DNA of 64,000 nucleotides from Pavona decussata (Eukaryota): NCBI GenBank assembly GCA_977016875.1, contig CDRNST010000334.1, positions 744,001 to 808,000 of the forward strand, read 5' to 3'. Shown piece by piece: positions 13,367 to 25,300 of this stretch (position 1 is its first letter; each line of letters starts with the position of its first letter). The notes under the pieces were generated by a model. It saw only the letters and a program-made list of their open reading frames with translations, ran no database searches and was not told where the DNA came from. The position numbers and the translations under genes were made by a program.

Positions 13367-14462
13367 GTAGTATAAATTTAGTTTTTATTTTTTTTTCGCT
13401 CTCTTTCTTATAAAAGACAATTAGGTCGCTTATTCGGTTATTTCGCTTCAACTAAGTTCCTTACAGGGCAAAATTAAGATTCGACCCAAAAGGGAATAAC
13501 CTTTGAGTGAATCAAACACTAGCTTTGAGACTGTCCGTCAGTTTGCTTTCATCTGGGATGATAACTTAACTGAAAAGCAATGATAAGAAGTCGTGGTTTA
13601 CAGAGGAATTTAAGACGAGAAAGCTTCCTAAAGGGGAATGATCACGGTGTTCGTTGTGTTGCTGGGGCAGCAATCGAGATGCTACTGAGCTTCACAGTGG
13701 AGTTCTAATTCTACACTTATTTTCAACATTCTTCCCACCAAAACGCTTTTAAATAGCAATCACATAGTCTTGGATAACCCTGATTCAATTTAAATAATTG
13801 CCAATTTGTTTTAATTTCTTGGCACTAGATTTCGTATCAAATCGAAAGAAGAAGTTTCCTCTAGTCTTCAATGATATTTTGTTTCAGGCCCATTAGTTTG
13901 GCTTTGGTGTATTTTCACTACAGCTTTATCTTTTTCACCCAGCACTTTGTTTTGTTCTGCTGCCAAAGGTAAAGAATAGGACGAGAAAGAAATTACAGTG
14001 ATAACGGTAAAAAAAAAAGTTGCCCCCCCCCCCAAAAAAAAAAATTAAATAAATAAATAAATGAAAATAAAGGATAAAAATTTTTTTGCATGATATTCCA
14101 GCAAATAGAAAGTATATTTTAAGTCTACTATTATACTTATTTCGACCGTTACAGGGACATAAGCATCAAGAAATGTAATGAGGGTGGAATTTGGGCGCCA
14201 TGTTCTAAAATTTAGATACTTCTTACGGGGCGTTCTCCTGCACAAAATATGAAACATTTTAGTTAGAAGAAGGTATGTTATTCTTACCTGCAATTTTTTG
14301 CTGGAATTTCCTACATAATATTGTCAAATGTAAGAGAGTGGGATGGGAAATCATCTCACATGAAAGTAAAAGGCTTTAAAAGCACCTGCGGATCTACAAT
14401 GATTCTCTCCACATCGACTTTGATATTAGATTTTTATTTTGAGTTTCTCTCTTCTTCTACAG

Positions 14463-14555
14463 AAGTGCCAACTGAAGAGGATCAAAAAGTGCTTCAAGGG
14501 GAACCGCCCGAACAAAAAATGTTTGAAAATGTTTGTGAAGAAATGCAACATTGAG
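14463..14555 (+). CDS. Prepro-peptide gene B, exon 2 (KCQLKRIKKCFKGNRPNKKCLKMFVKKCNIE)
   Basis: Acceptor ctctcttcttctacag| at 14462 and donor GAG|gtaata at 14556; 93 nt, phase 0/0. Cys spacing is conserved with gene A. Confidence 0.86.
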
Positions 14556-14916
14556 GTAATAAAAAGATTTGGGATTCTGTTAACGCCAAACGGCAAACGA
14601 CATAAGTAACCACGTTTGCCGCTCTCTGTTTTCAGTTTCTCAGTAAATTTAAGTAGTTTTGCGTCACCATCAAAGGCCAGAATTATTTTTCACAATTCTT
14701 ATCTATGTACTTTTTTATTCCAAAAAAGCATAAGCGCGAATCTCACGTTTTCCGTTTGGTGTAAACGCGATTATTCTAAATATGTTCGCTGTGTATTCCT
14801 CACATGCAGTAATCACCATGCTCCGGATTCGTGTGTACGTCCGCGTGGACGGATCCCGTAATATTCTGGGTTTCAGAATGTTTTACAATTTTAGTTCTTT
14901 TCTTTTTGTTATTTAG

Positions 14917-15090
14917 ATGAGCTGCATCAAGAAGTTGAAATCCTGTTTGGGAAAAGGCAAAGGCAGATTTGCCAGAGGCAAAGGAAAAGGAAAAGGAAAA
15001 GGAAAGGGCAAGGGAAAGCGTAACAAGTGCTTCACAATGTTCATGAAATGTGCCGGTGGTGATGGCGGGGGATCTGGAATGGGCTTGTAG
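14917..15090 (+). CDS. Prepro-peptide gene B, exon 3 (MSCIKKLKSCLGKGKGRFARGKGKGKGKGKGKGKRNKCFTMFMKCAGGDGGGSGMGL*)
   Basis: Acceptor ttcttttctttttgttatttag| at 14916; 174 nt to TAG at 15090. AATAAA at 15181-15186. The 3' UTR is homologous to that of gene A. Confidence 0.85.
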   Translation: MSCIKKLKSCLGKGKGRFARGKGKGKGKGKGKGKRNKCFTMFMKCAGGDGGGSGMGL

Positions 15091-17002
15091 TCCTGTTACA
15101 AGAAATATCGGCGTGTTCTTCTAGAAAATCATTAGACTGTCGAGCCGACGCTGTGTTACGCCTTAGATTGATAACTGATAAATAAATCTGCCTAATATCA
15201 CTGAATGCTGTTGAATTCTTTTTGAGAGTTAATTAAGCCTGCTATTCGGGTCATGGTGATACATACAGGCGGAGTGCTAGCGAGATTAAACCCGGTTACT
15301 GCAACATGAGGCAGTTATAATAGGAACTTGATGATATCGTCGTTAAATAGATACTAACAGTTATATCTCACCTCAACAACCCCCCCCCCCCCCTTTCCGA
15401 CCTCTTTCCCGAGGGGTGACCTCCAGCATTTGGTACTCAGTTACCCGGTTGTTCAATGATCCGATAGTTTTATCCAGCGTATAAAGCGCTTTCCAGCGTA
15501 TAAAACGTATAAATTGGAGGACAATTTATTCGCTGGATGGTGACTTACCTACTGGATATATTATAAGTTATCCGCGCTCTTTGCACAACCGAGGCTTGCA
15601 ATTGGATGAAGAGAAACTAATTAAATGGAGTAAACTCCTTGTCTGAAATAACAACACATCAATTCCGAAAGCAACAAAGGCAATTTGACTTGAGTAGGTT
15701 CATGTAGTGATTCAGTTTAAATCGATGGTGTATATAATAATGATCCGTAATAATTTATTTCCCGTTCCTGTGCGGCGACTTGCCTGGTTCCAAGGTTGGA
15801 TTGCCAGGGAGAAAATTCATGACAAATCCCCATTGAAAACCAAAAGGGCCATTTCCGAGTTGCTGTGAACCTCATTATGAAATCGAGGTTAAGTGCAAAA
15901 GCTTTTCATACGAAAATTAGTTTTGTTTACATATAAATGAAAACTAATTTTCATAATAAAAACTTTGCACTTAGCTTCGCTTTCATAATGAGGTAGTTGA
16001 TGACAAGTTACCTTAGGCCAAGTTGTCAAATAGAAAAAACTAATAAAGAACAAATGGGGTTATATGCTGTATATTTTTCCAATATATCACCAAGTGCGGC
16101 CTGATTCACAAGTTGATTTACGATTTATTTAGAGCTAAGCACAGTTGACATGAAAAACGATTGCTTTCAATTATTGCTTTGGGTAAATGTACAGGATAGT
16201 CTCTCCCGGCAGCTAGCATTCGTTGGTTTTGATTGGTGAAGCGAACGACTGGGTGTCAAGACAATCACTATTTCATGTCATGATCAGTTTATGTCAAAGA
16301 GAAAAGTCAGTTCTGAGGTTGGGCCATGGAAACAAGGTGACGTCAGCGTTTCATGCTAACGGTTGATTTCACATTTCAGTGTAAAAGGCAATTGAACATG
16401 CAACTTTAATTTTCAATGTTTTGGTATCAAAGCTTGTAAAAGGCCTCCGAGAAGAGACCGCAGAAATAATATAATTAACAAATTTACATCATTTCATTTC
16501 ATTTCAAAACATGCGTCAAGACAACCTCGTTCTAAGGGTCTTTCGAACGCGAAGAGGAGAGAACGACGTTGGTGTCAAGATATATAATGACTACACAGAG
16601 AGAAAATAGATCATGGAAGCAAACACTTAATGGCACTTCCTTCCACCCTACCAAATTGAATGCAGCGCTATTACAACGGAATTATTACCACAGATTGACA
16701 ACTATCCAGACTTCCTTTTGGTCTAAGTAATGTCGCACATTAAGCTCAAGGTTTTAAATCCCACAACGTTATTTAACTAAAATAGAGATCTAACTATGAA
16801 AACTAGAGCCACGTATAGCCTGTATTACAGTATAAATAACATTACTAGTATTGTCACTGTCTGAACTGGAGTCTTTTGGCAATGGCAACGCGGTGATTGA
16901 TAGGTTTATCAGCAAACACAATCACTCTGCACGTGCTTTATACAGTCTGGTGCATTTATTTGCCGTCTTCTAAAAACAGCAACGGCTAATGACCATATTG
17001 AA

Positions 17003-17448
17003 CCCTATCTAGACCGGGAAACGCGAATTTATGACGTCAAATGACGCGGTAAAAACGTCATGATTGCAAATGACGGCCATCTTGGATCCGCCAACTTGGA
17101 TTTCTGGATTTTCTCAAAACTTAAGGAAAGCGTCGAAATTGAATGAAAAGTAATCAAAACCAATTAAGGAACACTAATATTAGCTAAAACGCAAAAAATG
17201 CGATAAGAAAAGTATTTTTTCTTTATATTTAAAAGGGATTTTCTATTTTCTGAAAAATTGCCTGTCTTAAATTGATTGCCATGGTACCACCAAAGTCAAT
17301 CAACACTAACCGACCACGTCAATTTTTTCCCAGATAAATTTCTCAAAATTCCTGCAGTTTCAGGCCATTTGCTCAAATAAAAAAAATGTTATTCAGGTTC
17401 AAAGTCGCCGAGGGCAAAATCTTCCCACCCGGTCTAGATATAGCCGGT
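17003..17448. mobile_element. MITE with ccctatctagaccggg termini, nested in an older repeat (~16870-17660)
   Basis: Inverted termini aaccctatctagaccggg / cccggtctagata..ggttaa. Another left end of the same family is at ~19025. Confidence 0.6.
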
Positions 17449-17758
17449 TAAATTTTTACGGAGAATGTGAAACCACGGCAGTGGATATTTGTCTTTTTTT
17501 TTAACTAGGACTCCATCCCAGTTCCTGGCTGGCTCAATTACTTTACTGATGCAAAATGAACCCGTTGGAATAACTGGAACAACTGAATTTAGTATAAAGA
17601 ACCCAAATTTATATTTTCAAGTGACGTTTTGACATCGGTTGCAGCTGTGAGGATGAGCTAAGAACGCTTGGGTTGCTCAAGATCACGAACCATGTTCCAC
17701 TTTAACGCGTTTCAGACCATTTGTCCAGATTAAATTTTGCAGTTTAGGGGCACCAGGG

Positions 17759-18793
17759 TTATACTTGACTACTCATTATCATGACCAGATCCGATCTTGC
17801 CCGATCTCTTTCCCGTTGTTTATAAGTACACAAACCCTCCCAGGCATTCCGAAAGTCGTATTTGCCGAAGATGTATATGCACGGATTTAAAAGCGACGAA
17901 ATGAACCGAGCATATGCGAACGTGTACTCGGCCCACAAAGGCAGATGAAAAGCATTTTTTAGTTGCTGGTACCGTAAAAGGAAAAATGGTAGCCAACTGA
18001 TGACGAACGTGAGAAACATTACAAGGAAGATAGTAATGGCCTTCCACTCTCTTTTTCTCCACCGACGCTGCTCCTGCAGATCTGCGGGAACATTGATAAT
18101 TTGAAGACGATTCTGTCTCCTTATTTCACGCACAGTCATTAGATACGTAAACGCCATGAACGCTGCTGGTATCCCGAGATACACCACAAAGCACCCTATG
18201 ATGAAAGACAGCTCTTCGTTATGATGTTCTTCTGCAATGGAGTCGTGAGGATCGTAAGTCGCTGGTTGTAGCCACAACAACTGAAGCATAGACAATAGGA
18301 AGGCGCTACTCCACACAAACCCCAGAGCGATGATACAGCGTCGCTTTGTCACCATCTGCGCATATCTGAGTGAGTACATGATGGCTATAAAACGATCGGC
18401 AGTTACGGCCAAGATATGCGACACTGTCAGAAATGAGGTGAAGTTCCAGATGCAGATAGCCGCGAAGCACACTCCATGTTCTTGAAAAATGTTACACGTG
18501 ATGCTTACAGGCAAACTGACAAGTCCTGTTAGAAAATCGCTGGCTGCTAGACCCATGAGAAAATAATTGGTCGTTGTGCGTAGCGATCGTTTTTTAACCA
18601 CGAGAATAAAAACCATTGAGTTGAAAATGACAATAAGGAGGGCCAACAAAATTCCAACAATGTCCGCATCGGGTTTGAAGATAGGCACAATCAAATCCTC
18701 CCAATCGCTTTCATTGAGGTTATTTCCCGTTTTCCCGGTTTCGTTTAGTGCTGACTTGTGATCTGGAATACAGGTTGTGTTCCCTTGACACAT
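17759..18793 (-). CDS. Class A (rhodopsin-family) GPCR, aminergic/adenosine-receptor-like orphan, single coding exon, 344 aa
   Basis: Seven hydrophobic segments with TM2 LAASD, TM3 DRF, TM4 W, TM6 SWLPFF and TM7 NPCIY. N-terminal N-glycosylation sequons; Kozak context ccaccATG. Confidence 0.95.
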   Translation of the reverse strand: MCQGNTTCIPDHKSALNETGKTGNNLNESDWEDLIVPIFKPDADIVGILLALLIVIFNSMVFILVVKKRSLRTTTNYFLMGLAASDFLTGLVSLPVSITCNIFQEHGVCFAAICIWNFTSFLTVSHILAVTADRFIAIMYSLRYAQMVTKRRCIIALGFVWSSAFLLSMLQLLWLQPATYDPHDSIAEEHHNEELSFIIGCFVVYLGIPAAFMAFTYLMTVREIRRQNRLQIINVPADLQEQRRWRKREWKAITIFLVMFLTFVISWLPFFLLRYQQLKNAFHLPLWAEYTFAYARFISSLLNPCIYIFGKYDFRNAWEGLCTYKQRERDRARSDLVMIMSSQV

Positions 18794-20255
18794 GGTGGAT
18801 AGTGTTTATGTGGGTCAGTCAGTCAGCCATGTAACTCAGTCATCAGTTGACGGAGATCTGAGAAAGATATATAACATCAATAATTTCAAAGAATTCTTTT
18901 AATTTTGACATTTTTTAAAAAAAGAACGTATGTATTGAGCACAAAAAAATCCTGTAACAAACTAAACTTCAGGATTGGAAGGCTGATCAGCGCTATGGCA
19001 AAAGGCTCCAATTGGACAATTTTAACCCTATCTAGACCGAGTTCTTTTTCTTTTTTAGTCTTCTGGGGCCGTGAGGGGGTGGGGTGGGGGGGGGGGGGTT
19101 CCGCCTCCCCGCCATAACTTTACTTCGCAAGTAAAAGAGCTATAACAATGAGGCTTGGAGGATGGGTAGTACGTCCAAAGATGTTTCCTTTGAAGTCCAA
19201 AACGGGAAATGAAGATGTCACATGACGTTATAATCTGGATTTTCCCAAATCAGGACAAAACAATCTTTGTACAATGAAAAAAATTTTGAAATTCACGAGG
19301 TGACTACAATCGTCAATTTCTGTTGGACAGGTTAGAGCGCAAGCCCCCTTTACTGTAAGCTTCTATTGATGGCCTGGTAATTTTGCGTAGTTACTTATTT
19401 TTAAGTCTTTGTTTGCCGTTTCCCCTACCCCCAGTTCAATGTTGGATCCCTCGCGAGCAATGATGCATAAAGATTGACAGATAAAACTCAACGATGAAAC
19501 ATGGAAAGAAGAGGACCGAGTGCAGGCAAGGTGAGTCAAAACTTAATTAGCAATTCTCCCAAAAGAATTGACGACGATTGTAGGTACAATGGTTCACTAA
19601 GATAAAACCGGACGACCTGAACCGACGTAAACAACACGCAGTGTAAATCCTCATTATTTAATCCGAAGTTTCGTTCTATTCGGCTAAGAACTTTTGTGGA
19701 TTGGAACAGTTTACCGAAAACACGTACGAATGTAAATTATTCTGAATCGGAATCGTGGCCTGGACCCCCTTTCAAACCCGAACTCGTGCATCTTATCTTC
19801 ATATAATCAAGCATGTTCATACTAAAGAGAGAAATCATAGTTTACCAAGGAGGTTAGCGGGCGTTTAAAAATTTGATGACGTTGAGCGATAATTTTTTAA
19901 GCCGTTTCTCGCCGCTGAAACCTCGAATCAGATGAGTGAAGAGAGCTTTACAGAATTCACCTTTAGTTGATAGATTTACATCAGTCCTGTTGTTAACACT
20001 GTACATTGTTTATCAGCAGACACAAGAGACTTAACAACGTTTTATTAAAATATATTTCTTGGAAATGACTTTCAATTTCAATCAAGAGGTAAATGCAATG
20101 TCACAAGTTCTTGGACCCCTGTAGTCAAAACATCCTGAGATCCGCGCCTAAACTCTTTGTCAGTTCTAATTTTGTTTGTCCTACCTGACCACCCAAAATG
20201 TACCTACATGTTATCATACTAAGGTTGCACTTTAAGGTGAAGCGACATAACTTAA

Positions 20256-20459
20256 GGGTGCTTTCCATTTGCCAGAATCAAACGCGTCATTTTGATCGGA
20301 TGGTGTTGCAAAATATTGAAAAATAGCCACTCCGAAACTTGTACACGCTATTTTGAAGAAATTCAAAGGACTGGAATGAAAATCATCCTTCAAATGGTAT
20401 ACATTCCGTTTAAAAACTCACCATTCTAGGCGGCCAGTTCTGACAAATGCAAAGCGCCC
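20256..20459. mobile_element. PIF/Harbinger-type MITE
   Basis: TIRs gggtgctttccatttgccagaa / ttctgacaaatgcaaagcgccc with TAA/TAG flanks. Confidence 0.65.
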
Positions 20460-22227
20460 TAGTTCAGACCTTTTTTATTGTATACACATAAATTGGGGGC
20501 ACCCAACGAGAATATTTATGAAATATACTTCAAATGTCGTTTTTTTACTTACCAAGATCGTTTCAGAGTTTACGTTTGGCGTTCCAACAATCCTAGCTAC
20601 CCTTATTTCGCTCTCCTCGTGACATTTTTGGTCCCTTCAAAAGTAAAGGGATGTTACTAACGTTTTAGGTGACAAAAACCAAAGAAAAAGCCAGTTGTTT
20701 CTTTCGAAACAGCAATTGAATCCGCCTTTGTGTAGCAGTTTAGGCCCTCCGAACTGAGATATCAGAGAGATTTAGAAAGAATTACATTTACGGCAAAGGA
20801 CAGAAATGACCACGTGACCATGTTTACCCTCCATTCAGTTGCCGCTCGCTGTTTTCAGTTTCTCAGTAAAATTGAGTAGTTTTGCGTTGTCGTCAAAGGC
20901 CAGAATTATTTTGCACTATTCTCATCTATATGTTCGCATTTTTTTTTTAAGAAAACATAAAAGCGAATCTCACTTTTGCAGGTTGCTGTAAACGCATTCT
21001 AAATCTCTGTATTCTTCAAAACGTACCGACAATAGATTTCCCAGATATATATCTTATAAGCCGTATAAACACTTTTGTCTTGTATCATAAGCTACTTGCT
21101 CTAGTGAAAGCATCGCTTTTTGTAATTTTCATTTTGTCATGTTACCAGTTTTGTAATTAGTTTGGGGCATCTCCCAATACTGAAGAACCGGTACAATTTA
21201 TCAGTGTACTGTGTTCAATGCTGTCCTCTGCATTCAAACACTTCGAAACCCTACCTACCTAGCATGCCCGACGAATCGGACGCCTGTGAAGATTTCGAAA
21301 TTCACGGCTGACCAATATATTTCGTTATCCATCAGTCAGCCTAGCGATGCTCTTGGTTCTTTCTGCCACGTAGACCCGTAAATCAAAACAAGCTTATTAA
21401 ACGGGTCGTCTGAATGTCTGCCGATTACGAGTTTTTCATTTATTCAATCGTAAACACTTAAGTTTTTACTTTAGCTAAAACTATAAAAGTGGCCAAAAAA
21501 GATAAGACTTTAATTGTGTCATTTTAAAGGGATTAATATCTGTTTCATTAGATAGCGGCTGAGAGGTTTCTCGGCCTCAGGCGAGAAGAAGTTTTCACTT
21601 TCGACTACCTTCGAAATATATGTTATACATGTAAAACGAAGGTCTAGTGGATGAAATTATAATAATAGTCTTTCTACAGGGAGCCCAGGAATGATATTAG
21701 ATTCAAAGGGGGGATTTTTGAAATAGACCCTTCATTTCTCTGAATTATTAATGAATTTTGTAATAGGATTTAACAATGCTTCACAAGATGCTATACTTTT
21801 TTTATCACAAATCTGTAAAACGTTTGTCGCGTTAAGAATGATCCACAGATAACAGTGATGATACTGTCTTCATTTCCGACAAGAAATGTTGACTTTTTTT
21901 GCCATCATAATATGCTGCCGGTTTGTAGTTCAAATTTCTTCTTGTATGTAACCGCAAGTTTAAGAAAATGAAAACTTACTAATCGTAAAGTACTTTCCTG
22001 TCTTGTTGTTTATTCTACTGTGTAAGATGATTCTGAGTCTCACAGATGAAATCTTGAAGTGTCAGATTAATTTGAGGCAGCACTTTGCTGTAGCTTTCAA
22101 CGTTGTTTGTTTTGTCTCCGGTTTTTTTTTTCTAGTAGCCAGGCATCATAGAAAATTGTCACATCTGTACTGGAACACTATTAGGAGGTATAAAGTTAAT
22201 TGAACAAACTGCCTATAATTCCGCGGG

Positions 22228-22228
<1 letters not shown>

Positions 22229-22319
<91 letters not shown>
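22229..22319. repeat. (TAT)n microsatellite, ~30 units
   Basis: Read directly from the sequence. Confidence 0.98.
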
Positions 22320-22321
<2 letters not shown>

Positions 22322-25300
22322 GGTTTGCGTGTTCATAAAGCTATTCCATTTACAGCAATATAAGTATTTGGATCTTGTCTAAATAACAGCTTCCTTATTA
22401 AACTGATTAAATTTCTCTGGGATGTACGTACATCTTTTCCATTAATCTGCCATTGTGGACCGGAACCGCTGCCAATCCGCACAGAGCTGTTGTATTCGGC
22501 CGCGCATATATATTTTTCGGGATCTGTCTCCCTAAATCTGCATGTATGATATTGCTTTGCTTTGGCTGCAAAATGTTGTAATTTCGATTTTCTAGAACGT
22601 TACAAGACCCATGTCTTTTTTAATGTGATTTTTTAAATCTATAGCTTCCGAAGCTAATGTAATAATGACGAAAGCAAACAAATGTTGTGGCGGCGGTTTT
22701 CTAACATTGGTTAATCCATGCAAGGTGTCAGTATACTCAGTGAAATCGGCAAAATACTCAAGTTCTCTTATCATCGTAATATCAAAAAGTAAGTGCTCCT
22801 TCACACCCACCCTTCCCCCCTCCAAGTAAAAAAAAAGAACTGATAAAGTTTGATGTTTGAAAAAGGAAAAATAATGGCTAAAGAAACAATCCTCGGCTTA
22901 TCTTTAAAAACGGCTACCTTTCGAAAGACGTTTAACTTGACAGTTTAGCAAGCGTCGATAATAACTGATCAAGAATCTTGATATGTGACAAGGAAAAGGT
23001 CCAGACACTCGAAACTGTCCGGCAAACTCGGAAGTGCGATTTCAGGAGCAGAATATACACACCACAAATGCATTGTTTCGTAAAAAGCAAGGACATTAGT
23101 ACTCTGCTCAGAACTTACCGAACCAATCGCATTGCTTGCCAAACATACTCTATACACAACGACGTTCAGTTCGGTCACATAGAGAAAAATGCGATACCAA
23201 ATGGTTCATTATCAGAAATAGTATTTTTTTTTCTACAACTCTAAAACATGATGTTGTTTTTAAAGAAATGATAAACTCTGTGTGTCTCCAAAGACTATCC
23301 AAACAGAGAGAATTGTCTGCGGAAGCGTCGCTCTTGTCGCAGTTGAAAATAAAATATTCTTTTCTTAAAGTTGGCTTTTAATGAATTAATGGGGAAAAAG
23401 GGCGCCACTCTTATAAAGGTATATTATAAAGGTATATAAACTGCCTGGGGTTAGTTTGATTTGTCTTCCAAATGCATGTCTGCTGGTTACTAAAACTCAA
23501 GGAAAAAATTGTTCTTTTGAGGCGCATGAAAAGACATGAACCTCACAGCGATATATTAAAGCAGACCGGATGAAGCGAAGTGTACGAGCAAGGAAGAAAA
23601 CCTTTTCTTCACTTTGGAAAAAGCACAGATAACCATGTTTACATCCTTTTCCTTTGACGACCACGTGCGCCCACCGAAGTTTTGAACTGAAAAAGGATTT
23701 TATTTTGTAAACAGCGTACTAAGTAAGGTATTTGTGAACATGGCGTTCATTTGTGCTACTGTTTGCATGTGGTGATTTTGAACAACACTATGAACATTAC
23801 CGCCCCCAGATGGATTGTTTTGCTCAATAGCTCAATAGAAGACCTGTGTACAGCTTTTATAATAAACCGTGCCACAGGATCGAAAGAAGTGCTCAATAGC
23901 CACACAATTCACTTAGTGTTTCAAGCACAGAGTCAAATGTAACACACCAGTTTGTACAGCATAATAAACGGCGCCACAGCAAAATAATACTTTTTAAATA
24001 GATTTCATATAAATGGTGAAACCTAATGTTTTTGTTCATCAACGCTAGAATTAGAGCCCCCTTCTATAAAATAATAAACAGGAATGATCAAGAATTATGA
24101 AACTGATTGGCGTCCACTGGCGTGAACCCTATTGTACAGAATAATAAAGTGTAACAGGTAAACACTTCTCAATATCTTTCAATTGAATAGGAACTCGCTT
24201 TAGATTTTAATCACAGACTCACAAGACCAGAAACTCCTCGTGTAGGCATAGTAAATTACACCACACGGAATAGCTACTGAATGGCGGACGAGTTATGAAC
24301 CAAAATTTCGCTTTGGAATGAATTGCAAAGATAAATCACCTTTTTAACAATTAACTTGCCTTAGATATATATGCACATGCGATATCCGTATTTGCAGAAT
24401 AATATCAACATTGCAAAGAAGAGAGCGTGAATCACAACGGATATAACCGGAAGAATATTTCCTCTTTGTATTGAAAGAAAATAAGGTTTCAGTACTATTC
24501 AATGACAGCGAGACATTTGCTCCAGTTAAAATTTCAAGGGAACATTAAGTGAAATTGGCGTGCAACATATCGGCAATCAGATATCCAAAAAAGTGAGCTG
24601 ATAACTATTGTAAACATTTGACTCACGCCATGTTGAATTATGAATTGGGAAAACAGGATGTATAAATCCAGATGAGTTGTTTTTCTTTTTTCTTTTTTTT
24701 TTTTTTTGGAGAAAAATTTGAGGTCGCTTTATTGTTTTCGAAAGCTTTAACGACTCTTGGTAAGGGCAAAAACTACATTTGTTTCGAGATAAGAGGCTTG
24801 ACGCAAGCGCTGCTTTTTTCCCGAAGAGAACTATGGCTTAAGATTGACATTAAGAGAATTGCTAAAATTGACAAGAATTATTTATTCGTCCCTAAAGTCA
24901 CTTACCGTCGCTTACAGCCAAAACATTTGCATTTCGTAACTTTCTCAGGAATATCCGCCAATATTCCTTCGATTTGAGAGATCATTTTAGGAACACAGAT
25001 AGTAAAAGCCCATTGGTTATAGGAAAGAAACTATTTCAACGCTTTTAAAGTCCTTGTGAGTTCAGCGAGGGCCGTCGTCGCCGTTACATCTAAGACTAGA
25101 TTTTTTAAAGTTTGCTGTCAAATTTCATTTGCCTTTTCCTATTAACATATGCCTTTATTGATCCATTCTATGAGCATATACACTTGATCGTCGCTCGACC
25201 CTTTGTTTTTGAAGCAGTTAAACATCCACAACCGTTTTCTAGTCAGTACAATAGTCGATTTCAATATCGTATTCAGCTCTCGGTAGAATCACGCTTACTG

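Larger units (their letters stand above)
3570..15910. repeat. Large imperfect inverted duplication carrying genes A and B head-to-head (arms ~3570-9760 and ~10541-15910)
   Basis: Collinear reverse-complement matches across 3' flanks (3575-4430 vs 15090-15910), introns, exons and upstream regions (7760-9760 vs 10541-13180). Confidence 0.9.

Noticed and set aside
14321-14554. 77-aa ORF overlapping exon 2 of gene B (also ORFs 4349-4558 and 13086-13451)
   Set aside because: Wrong frame or antisense. Only the Cys-containing frame is conserved between paralogues and fits the splice phases.
14962-14976. GRF motifs in both peptides read as RFamide neuropeptides
   Set aside because: No amidation signal (G-K/R) follows RF and there is no repeated precursor structure.
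22200-22382. Poly-Tyr ORF
   Set aside because: Translation of the (TAT)n microsatellite.
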